Shown: in pieces, positions 1 through 8,273 of the stretch
Numbering within the stretch: position 1 is the first letter of the stretch
Layout: every line of letters starts with the position of its first letter
DNA from: Candidatus Saccharimonadales bacterium
Lineage (GTDB): Bacteria > Patescibacteriota > Saccharimonadia > Saccharimonadales > UBA10212
Direction: 5' to 3'
Length of the DNA: 64,000 nt
Assembly: GCA_040900055.1 (NCBI GenBank)
Contig: JBBDZU010000007.1
Coordinates: forward strand, 169,705-233,704
Position numbers and translations under genes: made by a program
The notes under the pieces: generated by a model
What the model was told of the DNA's origin: nothing
The model's input: the letters and a program-made list of their open reading frames with translations, nothing else
Databases searched by the model: none

Positions 1-67
1 TAAGTTCCTTGTAACCAACTCTACGGGCTTCGGCGGAGTACGTAACTAGTCTGTGTGTGACTCTCAT
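1..67 (-). CDS. 5' end (22 codons) of an unidentified gene that runs off the window
   Basis: ATG at 67..65 opens a stop-free frame to position 1 (MRVTHRLVTYSAEARRVGYKEL). It lies 24 nt after a hairpin plus T-run. Too short to identify. Confidence 0.3.
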   Translation of the reverse strand, partial: MRVTHRLVTYSAEARRVGYKEL

Positions 68-90
68 ATACTTTCTTCTATTTTAACCTA

Positions 91-126
91 AAAGACCTCC
101 AGAGGGGGTGGGCACCGCTGGAGGCC
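91..126 (-). terminator. Intrinsic-terminator-like hairpin
   Basis: 7-bp stem cctccag(96-102)/ctggagg(118-124). On the minus strand it is followed by TCTTTT (95..91). Confidence 0.45.
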
Positions 127-440
127 TATTGCACCCTTCAACCCCACCACGGCAAGCGTCGAGATAACTGCAAGACGCAATGTTTATTCGAGCCGTCGAA
201 TTAACGACTTACGCTAAAAATTAGCGTACTGCCGACCCACATTGAATGGGAGGAGGTTAAAGGGGTTAGTATGTTTAAGAGTTTTTATGCTGTGGCTTGC
301 TAAAAAGTGGAGGGTAAACTACTTTGACAGCAAGTCATTAGCGCTCTTAAACACTCTAACTGCCCGGCATAAAGCCGGAAGTGTTAGATGGGGGATATAA
401 GGTACGTAAGATCCCTGGATAGGACTTACGAGTTGCAACT
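127..440. ncRNA. Unclassified structured RNA element (stand-alone ncRNA, or attenuator-type leader of the gene starting at 67)
   Basis: ORF-free. Nested helices are readable by eye, including closing helix 128-135/432-439 and a 9-bp long-range helix 273-281/344-352. Minus-strand promoter and terminator signals flank it. Strand is unresolved because two G-T pairs favour the plus strand. Confidence 0.45.
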
Positions 441-461
441 TTAACAAAATAATGACATAAT
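433..461 (+). promoter_or_regulatory. Sigma-70-like promoter for dprA-topA
   Basis: TTGCAA (433-438), 17-nt spacer, CATAAT (456-461); the ATG is at 486. Confidence 0.5.
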
Positions 462-466
462 GTCAA
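438..466 (-). promoter_or_regulatory. Sigma-70-like promoter firing leftward into the structured element
   Basis: Minus strand reads TTGACA (466..461), 17-nt spacer, TAAAGT (443..438). It occupies the same DNA as the dprA promoter. Confidence 0.45.
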
Positions 467-485
467 TACTTATTAATCTTTACCC

Positions 486-1352
486 ATGATTGTCAATAGC
501 CTTAAGCAAGATCACCCTGACTTTCCAAAAATCCTTTCCGAGATACCTCAGCCACCCAAGCAATTATTTTGGCAAGGAACCGAGCCAAAGGCTTGGCTCA
601 AACTACCTAAGGTTGCAGTAGTTGGCAGCCGTAAGGCCAGTAGCTATGGCTTTAGTACTACTGACAAATTAGCTAGCGAGTTGGCCGAGGCCGGCGTTGT
701 CATAATCAGTGGCCTAGCCTTTGGCATAGATGCGGCTGCTCATAAAGCAGCCCTCAAAGTTGGCGGTCACACTGTGGCAGTTTTACCCACGGCGTTACCC
801 AAAATATATCCGGCGGCGCACAGCGGCTTAGCCAGACAAATCCTCGACACAGGCGGGACTTTACTTAGCGAGTACGCTGCCAGCGACCTACCGAACGCCG
901 GTAACTTTGTGGCTCGTAACCGAATTGTCAGCGGCTTAAGCGACGGCCTGCTTATAACCGAAGCGGCCATAAATAGCGGCAGCCTGCACACCGCCCGGTT
1001 CGCCCTAGAGCAGGGTAAAACGGTCATGGCCGTGCCAGGTAATATAAATAGCCCGAGCTCTGTTGGGGCTAATAATCTGATAAAAAGCGGCGCATTACCA
1101 GTAACAGACGTTAGTGATGTCTTTTTCGCATTGAACATAAAACCCAAAGCCAAGAATAAAGTCTCACGAGTCTTTCGCGGTAGTCCCCAAGAGGAGGCGA
1201 TTTTAAAACTAATACGAGACGGCACCTCCGGTCAAGAAGAATTAGCCGTGGCCGCAGGGTTAGATGGACCGACTGTTAGCTCAGCCTTGACCATGTTAGA
1301 GATTGGCGGCTTTATTAGACCAGTCGGCAGCGGCCAGTGGCTATCTACTTAA
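486..1352 (+). CDS. dprA: DNA processing protein DprA
   Basis: 288 aa with the ISGLAFGIDAAAHKAAL Rossmann-like DprA signature. The classic dprA-topA pairing is present. Confidence 0.93.
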   Translation: MIVNSLKQDHPDFPKILSEIPQPPKQLFWQGTEPKAWLKLPKVAVVGSRKASSYGFSTTDKLASELAEAGVVIISGLAFGIDAAAHKAALKVGGHTVAVLPTALPKIYPAAHSGLARQILDTGGTLLSEYAASDLPNAGNFVARNRIVSGLSDGLLITEAAINSGSLHTARFALEQGKTVMAVPGNINSPSSVGANNLIKSGALPVTDVSDVFFALNIKPKAKNKVSRVFRGSPQEEAILKLIRDGTSGQEELAVAAGLDGPTVSSALTMLEIGGFIRPVGSGQWLST

Positions 1353-1406
1353 ATAGACTAATTTATTGCATATAAAGCAGAAGGCTTTTACACTTGTATC
1401 CATCTT

Positions 1407-3704
1407 ATGGCCAAGAACCTAGTAATTGTAGAAAGTCCTGCCAAAGCTAAAACTATCGGCCGGTTTCTAGGCAGTAACTACCAGATTAAAAGCAGCCTGG
1501 GTCACATTCGCGATCTGCCCAAACAAGACCTTGGAGTGGATATTAAAAATAAATTTATGCCAACCTACCAAGTTAGTCCCGGTAAAGAAAAAACTGCCAA
1601 AGAGCTTAAAGCAGCCGCTAAAGACAAGGCTGTATGGCTAGCCACAGATGAGGACCGGGAAGGCGAAGCCATAGCTTGGCATGTCTGTAACGTCATTGGC
1701 GCAGATCCAGCTAAGACTCATCGCATTGTATTTCACGAAATTACCGAGCCAGCCGTTAAAGCGGCTATAGCTAAACCTCGGACTATCGACATGAAGCTAG
1801 TTGACTCACAGCAAGCTCGCCGGATTTTAGACCGCCTAGTTGGCTATGAGCTAAGCCCGGTGCTTTGGAAAAAAGTCCGTACTGGGCTATCGGCTGGCCG
1901 GGTCCAAAGCGTAGCTGTTAGGTTGATTGTAGATCGTGAACGTGAAATTAAAGACTTTAAGCCGGTAGCTAGCTTTAAAGTGACGGCAGAATTTGATGCT
2001 GGCGGCCAACCTCTGCCGGCTGAGCTAGACACTAAGTTAGAAAATATTGAAGAGTCCAGACGGTTTTTGAATCAAATGCCCACGTCCCGATTTAAAGTTG
2101 CGAATATCGCCGAAAAACCAGCCAGCCGTAGCCCTAGTGCACCCTTTACTACCAGCACTCTCCAGCAGGAAGCTGCCCGCCGCCTTGGTTTTAGCGTTAA
2201 GCAAACTATGGTAACGGCTCAGCGGCTTTATGAAAACGGTCTAATAACCTACATGCGAACAGACAGCACCACGCTATCACCCCAAGCAATTGAGGCGGCT
2301 AAATCCTACATAATAATTACTTACGGTGCCAAGTACTCCTACCCCCGTCAATTTCAAACTAAAGCCAAATTAGCCCAAGAGGCCCACGAGGCAATTCGAC
2401 CAGCGAATTTATCTAAACCAACCGCTGGAGTCGACAGCGGGCAAAAAAAACTATATGAATTAATATGGCGACGGGCTATAGCTAGTCAAATGACGGCTGC
2501 CCAAATTGCTAAAACAGAAGTTTCCATAGAGATTAGCAACCAAGACCTACGGTTTATAGCCTCAGGCGAAGTTCTAGTTTTTGATGGCTTTATAAAGGTC
2601 TATGGCGGGGGAAGAGATGACCGTATCTTGCCTAAAGTCGCAGGAGGCCAAGATTTAAACTATCAAAAAATTAGCGCCACCGAAACTTATTCGCGCCCGC
2701 CAGCCCGCTATAGCGAAGCCACGCTTGTTAAAAAATTAGAGCAGCTGGGCATTGGTCGCCCCAGTACCTACTCGCCGATTATATCGACTATCCAAGACAG
2801 GGAGTACGTAGAAAAAACAGATATCGAAGGGCAAACCCGGCAGGTAAAAGAGCTTACACTGGTTGGCGACCAGCTTAAAGAACAGCAGCTGAGTGTCAAT
2901 TTTGGAGCCGACCGATCTAAGCTAATGCCCACACCACTTGGCGAGTTAGTAACTGACTTCTTGATCACCCACTTTAAGCCAATAGTCGATTATCAATTTA
3001 CAGCTTTAGCCGAAGAACAATTTGACCAAATAGCCGAAGGTAAAATTGCCTGGCAATCAGTCTTAGAAGACTTTTATAAATTCTTTCACCCTTTGATAGA
3101 AAAATCCAAGGACGTTTCACGCTTTGAAGCGGTTAAGGCTCGTGAGTTAGGTACACACCCAAAAACCGGTAAAAAAATTATCGTCCGCTACGGCCGCTAC
3201 GGCCCCGTCCTACAAATGGGGGAGGCCACCAAAGATAAAAAAGCCCCCAAGCCCCAGTTTGCCCCACTGCCTGATGGCTCAACTATTGAAGATATTGATC
3301 TTAAGCAGGCCTTGCCAATGTTTAACTTACCAAGACCTGTGGGTCAGACGGACGAAGGTACGCCGATTTTAGCTGATATTGGTCGCTTTGGTCCGTATTT
3401 AAAAGTCGGCAAGAAATCGCTAAGTATAGAAGGCAGCGACCCGCTGTCAATCTCCGAGCCGGAGGCTAAAAAACTAATAGCCGAACATGACAAGCGCCAA
3501 AAAGAAAGGGTGATTGCTGACTGGGGCACTCTGAAGATCCTGCGCGGGCCTTATGGGCCCTTTATTACGGATGGCAAGAAAAACGCTCCAGTACCCAAGT
3601 CCGAAGACCCAGAGAAGGTTAGCGAGCCTCAAGCTAAAGACATACTTCGAAATGCTCGTCCAAAACGGCATTTCAGGCGACCCAAGCGACTCCCTAAAAC
3701 GTAA
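1407..3704 (+). CDS. topA: DNA topoisomerase I
   Basis: 765 aa. TOPRIM LVIVESPAKAKTI and TDEDREGEAI; active-site context ITYMRTDS; basic C-terminal tail. Confidence 0.97.
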   Translation: MAKNLVIVESPAKAKTIGRFLGSNYQIKSSLGHIRDLPKQDLGVDIKNKFMPTYQVSPGKEKTAKELKAAAKDKAVWLATDEDREGEAIAWHVCNVIGADPAKTHRIVFHEITEPAVKAAIAKPRTIDMKLVDSQQARRILDRLVGYELSPVLWKKVRTGLSAGRVQSVAVRLIVDREREIKDFKPVASFKVTAEFDAGGQPLPAELDTKLENIEESRRFLNQMPTSRFKVANIAEKPASRSPSAPFTTSTLQQEAARRLGFSVKQTMVTAQRLYENGLITYMRTDSTTLSPQAIEAAKSYIIITYGAKYSYPRQFQTKAKLAQEAHEAIRPANLSKPTAGVDSGQKKLYELIWRRAIASQMTAAQIAKTEVSIEISNQDLRFIASGEVLVFDGFIKVYGGGRDDRILPKVAGGQDLNYQKISATETYSRPPARYSEATLVKKLEQLGIGRPSTYSPIISTIQDREYVEKTDIEGQTRQVKELTLVGDQLKEQQLSVNFGADRSKLMPTPLGELVTDFLITHFKPIVDYQFTALAEEQFDQIAEGKIAWQSVLEDFYKFFHPLIEKSKDVSRFEAVKARELGTHPKTGKKIIVRYGRYGPVLQMGEATKDKKAPKPQFAPLPDGSTIEDIDLKQALPMFNLPRPVGQTDEGTPILADIGRFGPYLKVGKKSLSIEGSDPLSISEPEAKKLIAEHDKRQKERVIADWGTLKILRGPYGPFITDGKKNAPVPKSEDPEKVSEPQAKDILRNARPKRHFRRPKRLPKT

Positions 3705-3778
3705 GCTTAGCCCCTTACACAACCTTTTATAGCAAAAACGTCTAATTCGTGATAGAATAGACATATCAAGAAAAGTGT

Positions 3779-3807
3779 TTGACTTTTTAAAATTAAAGTT
3801 ATATAAT
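3779..3807 (+). promoter_or_regulatory. Strong sigma-70-like promoter
   Basis: TTGACT (3779-3784), 17-nt spacer, TATAAT (3802-3807), upstream of the CDS at 3857. Confidence 0.6.
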
Positions 3808-3856
3808 TAGGATTAGCCTCTAGCGTAATAGCGCTAGCTAACAGGGAAGAGTATAT

Positions 3857-4894
3857 ATGGATGAGGCCGCCGCTATAAGTAAATTAGACGTCAAAAAGAT
3901 TATTGACGATGTTTTGGGCACTATTGAGCGTGAGCGCGAGCAGGAAATCGTCGCCCGCCGGTTTGGCCTCTTCGACCGCCGAGAAACCTTAGAGCAAATT
4001 GGTGAGCTACTTGGCATCACCCGGGAAAGGGTACGCCAGCTGGAAAAGGTAGTAGTTAACCGCCTCAAAGCGACTGGTAAAGACTTGCCTCATATCTCTG
4101 ATTTTGAATCAGCGCTTTCTGGTCTATTAAAGGATACGGGTCATGTCGCCAAAATTAGCGATGTGACGGCCAAAGTAGCTCCCCAAAATACTAAAATTGA
4201 CCAATCCAGAGTAGCATTTTTGGCTTCTTTGAGTCCCGGCATCGCCGTAATTGAAGATAACGATCACTTCTTTCATGCGGTAGGTCTGGCTGCTAAGCAT
4301 AGCGAGAAAGCTATCCGTGAGCACGTTACAAAAATAATCGACACTATATCGGACATTGGTGAACCATCTCATATTAGTAAAGTGGCCGAAAAGTTAAGCC
4401 AACCTGACGTAGGGCATGTCGAGGCACTGGCTTCAATTTCTAAAAACTTAGCCAGCCTAAACGATCGTTGGGGTCTAGTCCGTTGGCCAATGGTTAATCC
4501 TAAAAATATTAGAGATAAAATATACGTTATTTTGCACCAGACTAAAAAGCCAATGCACTTTAGCGCAATTGCCGAGGCTATTAAAAATAGCGACTTAAAA
4601 CGCAAAGATGTCACCACCCAGGCTATACACAATGAACTTATTAAAGATTCACGCTTTGTGTTAATCGGCCGGGGAATCTACGCCTTAAAAGAATGGGGCT
4701 ACCAAAAAGGCACAGTTGCCGATGTTATCGCCGATGTTTTAGCTAAAGAGCGTGGTCCACTACATCGCGACGAAATAGTGCGAAGAGTCTTAAAGAGTCG
4801 ACGAGTCAAGGAAACAACCATTCTTCTTAACCTACAGGGCAAGCCCCAATTTAAAAGGGTTGCCAAAGCTACTTACGCCTTAGCCGAAAAATAA
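3857..4894 (+). CDS. Sigma-70 region-4-like HTH protein with a C-terminal HARE-HTH-like (RNAP delta-like) domain
   Basis: 345 aa. EREREQEIVARRFGL...TLEQIGELLGITRERVRQLEKVVVNRLK resembles sigma region 4. The C-terminal KIYVILHQTKKPMHFSAIAEAI...RFVLIGRGIYALKEWGY resembles HARE-HTH. No sigma region 2 is visible. Confidence 0.7.
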   Translation: MDEAAAISKLDVKKIIDDVLGTIEREREQEIVARRFGLFDRRETLEQIGELLGITRERVRQLEKVVVNRLKATGKDLPHISDFESALSGLLKDTGHVAKISDVTAKVAPQNTKIDQSRVAFLASLSPGIAVIEDNDHFFHAVGLAAKHSEKAIREHVTKIIDTISDIGEPSHISKVAEKLSQPDVGHVEALASISKNLASLNDRWGLVRWPMVNPKNIRDKIYVILHQTKKPMHFSAIAEAIKNSDLKRKDVTTQAIHNELIKDSRFVLIGRGIYALKEWGYQKGTVADVIADVLAKERGPLHRDEIVRRVLKSRRVKETTILLNLQGKPQFKRVAKATYALAEK

Positions 4895-4978
4895 CTCTCT
4901 TTTTTAGACTTTAAATCCAGCTAGGGTGACTCAGAAGGTGTTAATCTGATAGTCCAATGTATAATAAAATTAAAGTGT

Positions 4979-7558
4979 ATGGCGTTATTTACTAAAACCA
5001 CAAAAAAATCCCAAGAAGCGCAGGCTGACTGCTTGCTTATGCTTGAGGTGCCCAGGACCAACGATAAAAAAGAACTCGCCGCCGAGCAAATGCTAGCCGC
5101 TTTACACGGTATCCTCCGACCCAAAAGGGAGCTTCGGCTGGCAGGCCACTTACAAGAACACATTAGTCTGGAGGTAGCAGCTATTGGACAGCGCATTCGC
5201 TTCTATATTTGGACACCCAAACGCCTGCAGGCTTTTGTAGAAGGTCAGATTTATGCCCAGTATCCAACAGTCCAAATTTATGAGCAAGAAGAGGATTACA
5301 CTGAAAGAAAGCTCCACCAAACCGTTATTCACACCACTGAGCTTAATCTCATAGACGATGAGACCCTGCCAATTAAAACTTTTCCCAGTTTTGAGGTGGA
5401 CCCTTTGGCGGCTATTACAGCCACTTTGGCTAAGTTAGACAAAGAAGATGAGGAAATGTGGATCCAGATCATGGCTCGACCAATTGCCGACGACTGGCAC
5501 CGCAGGGGAGCCAAAGTGGTTAGGCGCATCCGCAGCGGCCGAAGTTTATTTGGTGGGGCTGCCACTACCTTTAGCTATGCTGCCGAAGCCTTAGCGGCCT
5601 TAGCGCGTCCGCCGACTGCTACCGAAGCTAGCGGGACAGATTTGTCCGAACGAGACAAAAGCCGCATTTCTGCTATAGAGGAAAAAAGCAATAAACTTGG
5701 CTACCAAGTTAAGATTCGTCTGCTATATGGCGGCCATGACCAGACAACAGCTCGGCTGCGCATGCAGGCCTTAGTTGGAGCCTTTAAGCAATTTAATACC
5801 ACAAACTTAAATGGTTTCACTGCAAAAACACCTAGTTTTAACAGAGATAATCAGCTGCAATTCCAGGCTCGCTTCTTTATTGATCAGGGGTTTATATTAA
5901 ACATAGAAGAGCTGGCAAGTTTGTTCCATTTACCCCACACCACAGTCGAGACACCTAACATCGTTTGGGCTACTACAAAGACCGCTGAGCCGCCTCCGAA
6001 CATACCTGTTACTACCGCAGGGCAGGAGAGCGATATCAGCTTATTTGGGGTTACCAATTTTCGTGGCGATAACACCATATTTGGTATCCGCCGCGATGAT
6101 CGTGATCGACATATTTACATACTAGGCCAAACTGGCACTGGTAAATCCGGGGCATTAGAGCTCTTAACGTTATCGGACATTTATTACGATCAAGGTTTTG
6201 CCGTTATTGATCCGCACGGCGATTATGCCCATCATGTTTTAAGCTTTATTCCCGAAAGACGCCTTGATGATGTTGTCTATTTTAATCCAGCTGACACATC
6301 TTATCCCATTGGTTTTAACCCCCTAGAAGTGACCGATCCGACTCTAAAAGGGCATATTAGCTCAGAATTAGTCGGCGTACTAAAAAGACTATTCGCGGAA
6401 AGTTGGGGCCCGAGGTTGGAGTATATTTTGCGATACACTTTGCTGGCCTTGCTTGATTACCCCAATTCGACCATGCTTGATATAACCAGGATGCTAACTG
6501 ATAAAAAGTTCCGCTCTAATGTCATAGGTTATATTGAAGACCCAGTAGTAAAAAGCTTCTGGGTTACAGAATTTGCTAGCTGGAATGATCGCTTTGCTTC
6601 CGAGGCAGTAGCCCCAGTGTTAAACAAAGTTGGTGCTTTCACTGCCAACCCTATGATCCGAAACATCATCGGTCAGCCCAAAAGTACTTTTAATCTTCGT
6701 CAAATAATGGATCAGGGTAAAATCCTTATTGTTAATTTGAGCCGTGGTTTGATGGGCGAAGATAATGCCGGAATCTTAGGCGCTATGATGGTCACTAAGA
6801 TCCAACTAGCAGCTATGGGACGAGCCGACATGCCAGAAGAGCAGCGCAAGAAATTTTATCTTTATGTTGACGAGTTCCAGAACTTTGCAACTGATTCGTT
6901 TGCCACCATACTGTCGGAGGCTCGTAAATATGCCCTAAACTTAACCGTAGCCAACCAATATATCTCCCAGATGAGTGAAGCAGTTCGGGATGCTGTCTTT
7001 GGCAACGTGGGAACTATAGTCTGCTTTCGGATTAGCCCAGACGATTCGCCGTTTTTACAAAAATATTTCGAGCCTCAATTTGAGGCTGGCGACTTAATAC
7101 AACAACATTCCCGCTTTTTTGTCGTGACAATGATGATAAATGACGAGAAGGCTCCGGCTTTTTCGGCTAAAACCCTCAATATACCGCCAGCTCCCGCTGA
7201 TCTAACTTCCAGGATTATTGAACTGTCGCGCCAGCGGTACACCCAGGAGCGCCCGGTAGTTGAAGATATGATCCGCGTGTCAGCCGGCTTAGAGAGCCAT
7301 GGTGTTCCGCCAATTAATCCTCAGACTCACAAAATAGAGCCTAAACCTACTAGTATCGTTGCTACACCTCCCGAGCATATCGGTAAGGTTGCCACTACAC
7401 CGATTGTCGGCAGCGAATCAACTACCAGCCGTTCTACCAAAAGACGACGTGGACGGAGGGGGCGAGGGGGGCCGGCTAAGAGTCCTTCAACCAGTAACGC
7501 AGGCCCGCCTAAGGCATCGCCGGCCGAGGCCCAGGAACACACTGTACGTTTACGTTAG
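4979..7558 (+). CDS. TraD/VirD4/TraG-like P-loop ATPase (coupling-protein family) with a large uncharacterised N-terminal domain
   Basis: 859 aa. Walker A ILGQTGTGKSG, Walker B-like FYLYVDEFQNFAT, LSEARKYALNLTVANQ. Arg/Gly-rich tail KRRRGRRGRGG. Confidence 0.75.
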   Translation: MALFTKTTKKSQEAQADCLLMLEVPRTNDKKELAAEQMLAALHGILRPKRELRLAGHLQEHISLEVAAIGQRIRFYIWTPKRLQAFVEGQIYAQYPTVQIYEQEEDYTERKLHQTVIHTTELNLIDDETLPIKTFPSFEVDPLAAITATLAKLDKEDEEMWIQIMARPIADDWHRRGAKVVRRIRSGRSLFGGAATTFSYAAEALAALARPPTATEASGTDLSERDKSRISAIEEKSNKLGYQVKIRLLYGGHDQTTARLRMQALVGAFKQFNTTNLNGFTAKTPSFNRDNQLQFQARFFIDQGFILNIEELASLFHLPHTTVETPNIVWATTKTAEPPPNIPVTTAGQESDISLFGVTNFRGDNTIFGIRRDDRDRHIYILGQTGTGKSGALELLTLSDIYYDQGFAVIDPHGDYAHHVLSFIPERRLDDVVYFNPADTSYPIGFNPLEVTDPTLKGHISSELVGVLKRLFAESWGPRLEYILRYTLLALLDYPNSTMLDITRMLTDKKFRSNVIGYIEDPVVKSFWVTEFASWNDRFASEAVAPVLNKVGAFTANPMIRNIIGQPKSTFNLRQIMDQGKILIVNLSRGLMGEDNAGILGAMMVTKIQLAAMGRADMPEEQRKKFYLYVDEFQNFATDSFATILSEARKYALNLTVANQYISQMSEAVRDAVFGNVGTIVCFRISPDDSPFLQKYFEPQFEAGDLIQQHSRFFVVTMMINDEKAPAFSAKTLNIPPAPADLTSRIIELSRQRYTQERPVVEDMIRVSAGLESHGVPPINPQTHKIEPKPTSIVATPPEHIGKVATTPIVGSESTTSRSTKRRRGRRGRGGPAKSPSTSNAGPPKASPAEAQEHTVRLR

Positions 7559-7743
7559 TTTAAAAGAGATCATTATTACGTACATTTTACGAACACCATA
7601 GTATGGACATAGTTTATATAGATATTAAAGAAAAGAAGGTAATAGGTTAAGCGGAAAGAATGGAAGAAATTGAAGTATAGAAAACTGAAAAAATACAGAT
7701 AAATCAAGCGAAGGGAGATAGCTTATTTAGCTCATGATGACAC

Positions 7744-7767
7744 GTCGCACAATGTATATTTTGCGAC
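7744..7767. other. dif-like inverted repeat (candidate Xer-type recombination site, or simply a hairpin)
   Basis: gtcgcacaa TGTATA ttttgcgac: 9-bp arms with one mismatch around a 6-bp spacer identical to the E. coli dif core. Confidence 0.3.
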
Positions 7768-8273
7768 TTACATAATCTAAGAGACAAATATGTATATAAG
7801 CCCTTCTAACAGGGGACTTGTATTATTTAGCGCCTCGTAATTATCGTATGTCCGCTTCTGCACTCTAGTTGCTTCTAAGCTCTCAAGCTTAATGGTCTGC
7901 TGTAGTCTTTACCTAAACTTATCCACAGCCATTAGTTATATATTTGATTTTTCTATATTTCATATCTTTATATGTTATTCGATTTTTTCTCGACATTTAC
8001 TAATATTTGACATTCTAAATAATCATATTATGCTTATGCTTTCCCCTGCTTGAAGACTAACACAAATTTTGAACAAAATACGAACTAAGAGAGTAGAGAG
8101 TCATTAGGCATCTCTTCCAGATACTAAGCGATAACCGCTTCTCATAACATAATTACAGCTGACCTAAAACCCCGCCTTTGAAATATGGCACTCCTTCCCT
8201 TCCCCTGTCGTCGTCCTCGTTAAAGTTATAGCTATCTCTACCATAGTCAGAAAACTTGCACCTTAATTAACGG

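Noticed and set aside
104-118. GGGTGGGCACCGCT on the plus strand resembles the T-box antiterminator core GGGTGGTACCGCG.
   Set aside because: It has an extra nucleotide and sits in the loop of the terminator-like hairpin. It is on the strand opposite to the only gene it could control, and no specifier or Stem I features were found. The nearby minus-strand AAGGGTGCAATAGG is not a T-box either.
127-440. Attempts to call the structured element RNase P RNA, tmRNA, SRP RNA or 6S RNA.
   Set aside because: There is no GGAAAGTCC/ACAGAA..GGCTTA pair able to form P4. There is no GGGG...TTCGA start with a T-arm and an ACCA end (CCCCACCA at 142-149 has no adjoining T-arm). There is no GGAA-tetraloop/AGCA SRP helix-8 motif. 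Fragmentary similarities occur on both strands, which suggests chance.
767-1225. Long antisense or overlapping ORFs. Examples: 767-1225(-), 20220-20555(+), 28687-29127(-), 47253-47609(-), 52409-52861(+), 53655-54023(+), 63371-63901(+), plus many 60-100-aa ORFs inside known genes.
   Set aside because: Each lies opposite or out of frame within a gene with clear family motifs. Their translations are low-complexity, Arg/Ser/Leu-rich shadow sequence without motifs, and they have no independent start signals.
7919-7927. A perfect DnaA box TTATCCACA in the AT-rich gap, which might suggest oriC. One-mismatch boxes lie at 16693-16701, 42936-42944 and 44452-44460.
   Set aside because: A single perfect 9-mer is expected by chance about 0.5 times in 64 kb of double-stranded DNA. 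There is no cluster of boxes and no dnaA/dnaN nearby. The flanking genes converge rather than diverge, and the local skew flips in the terminus direction.
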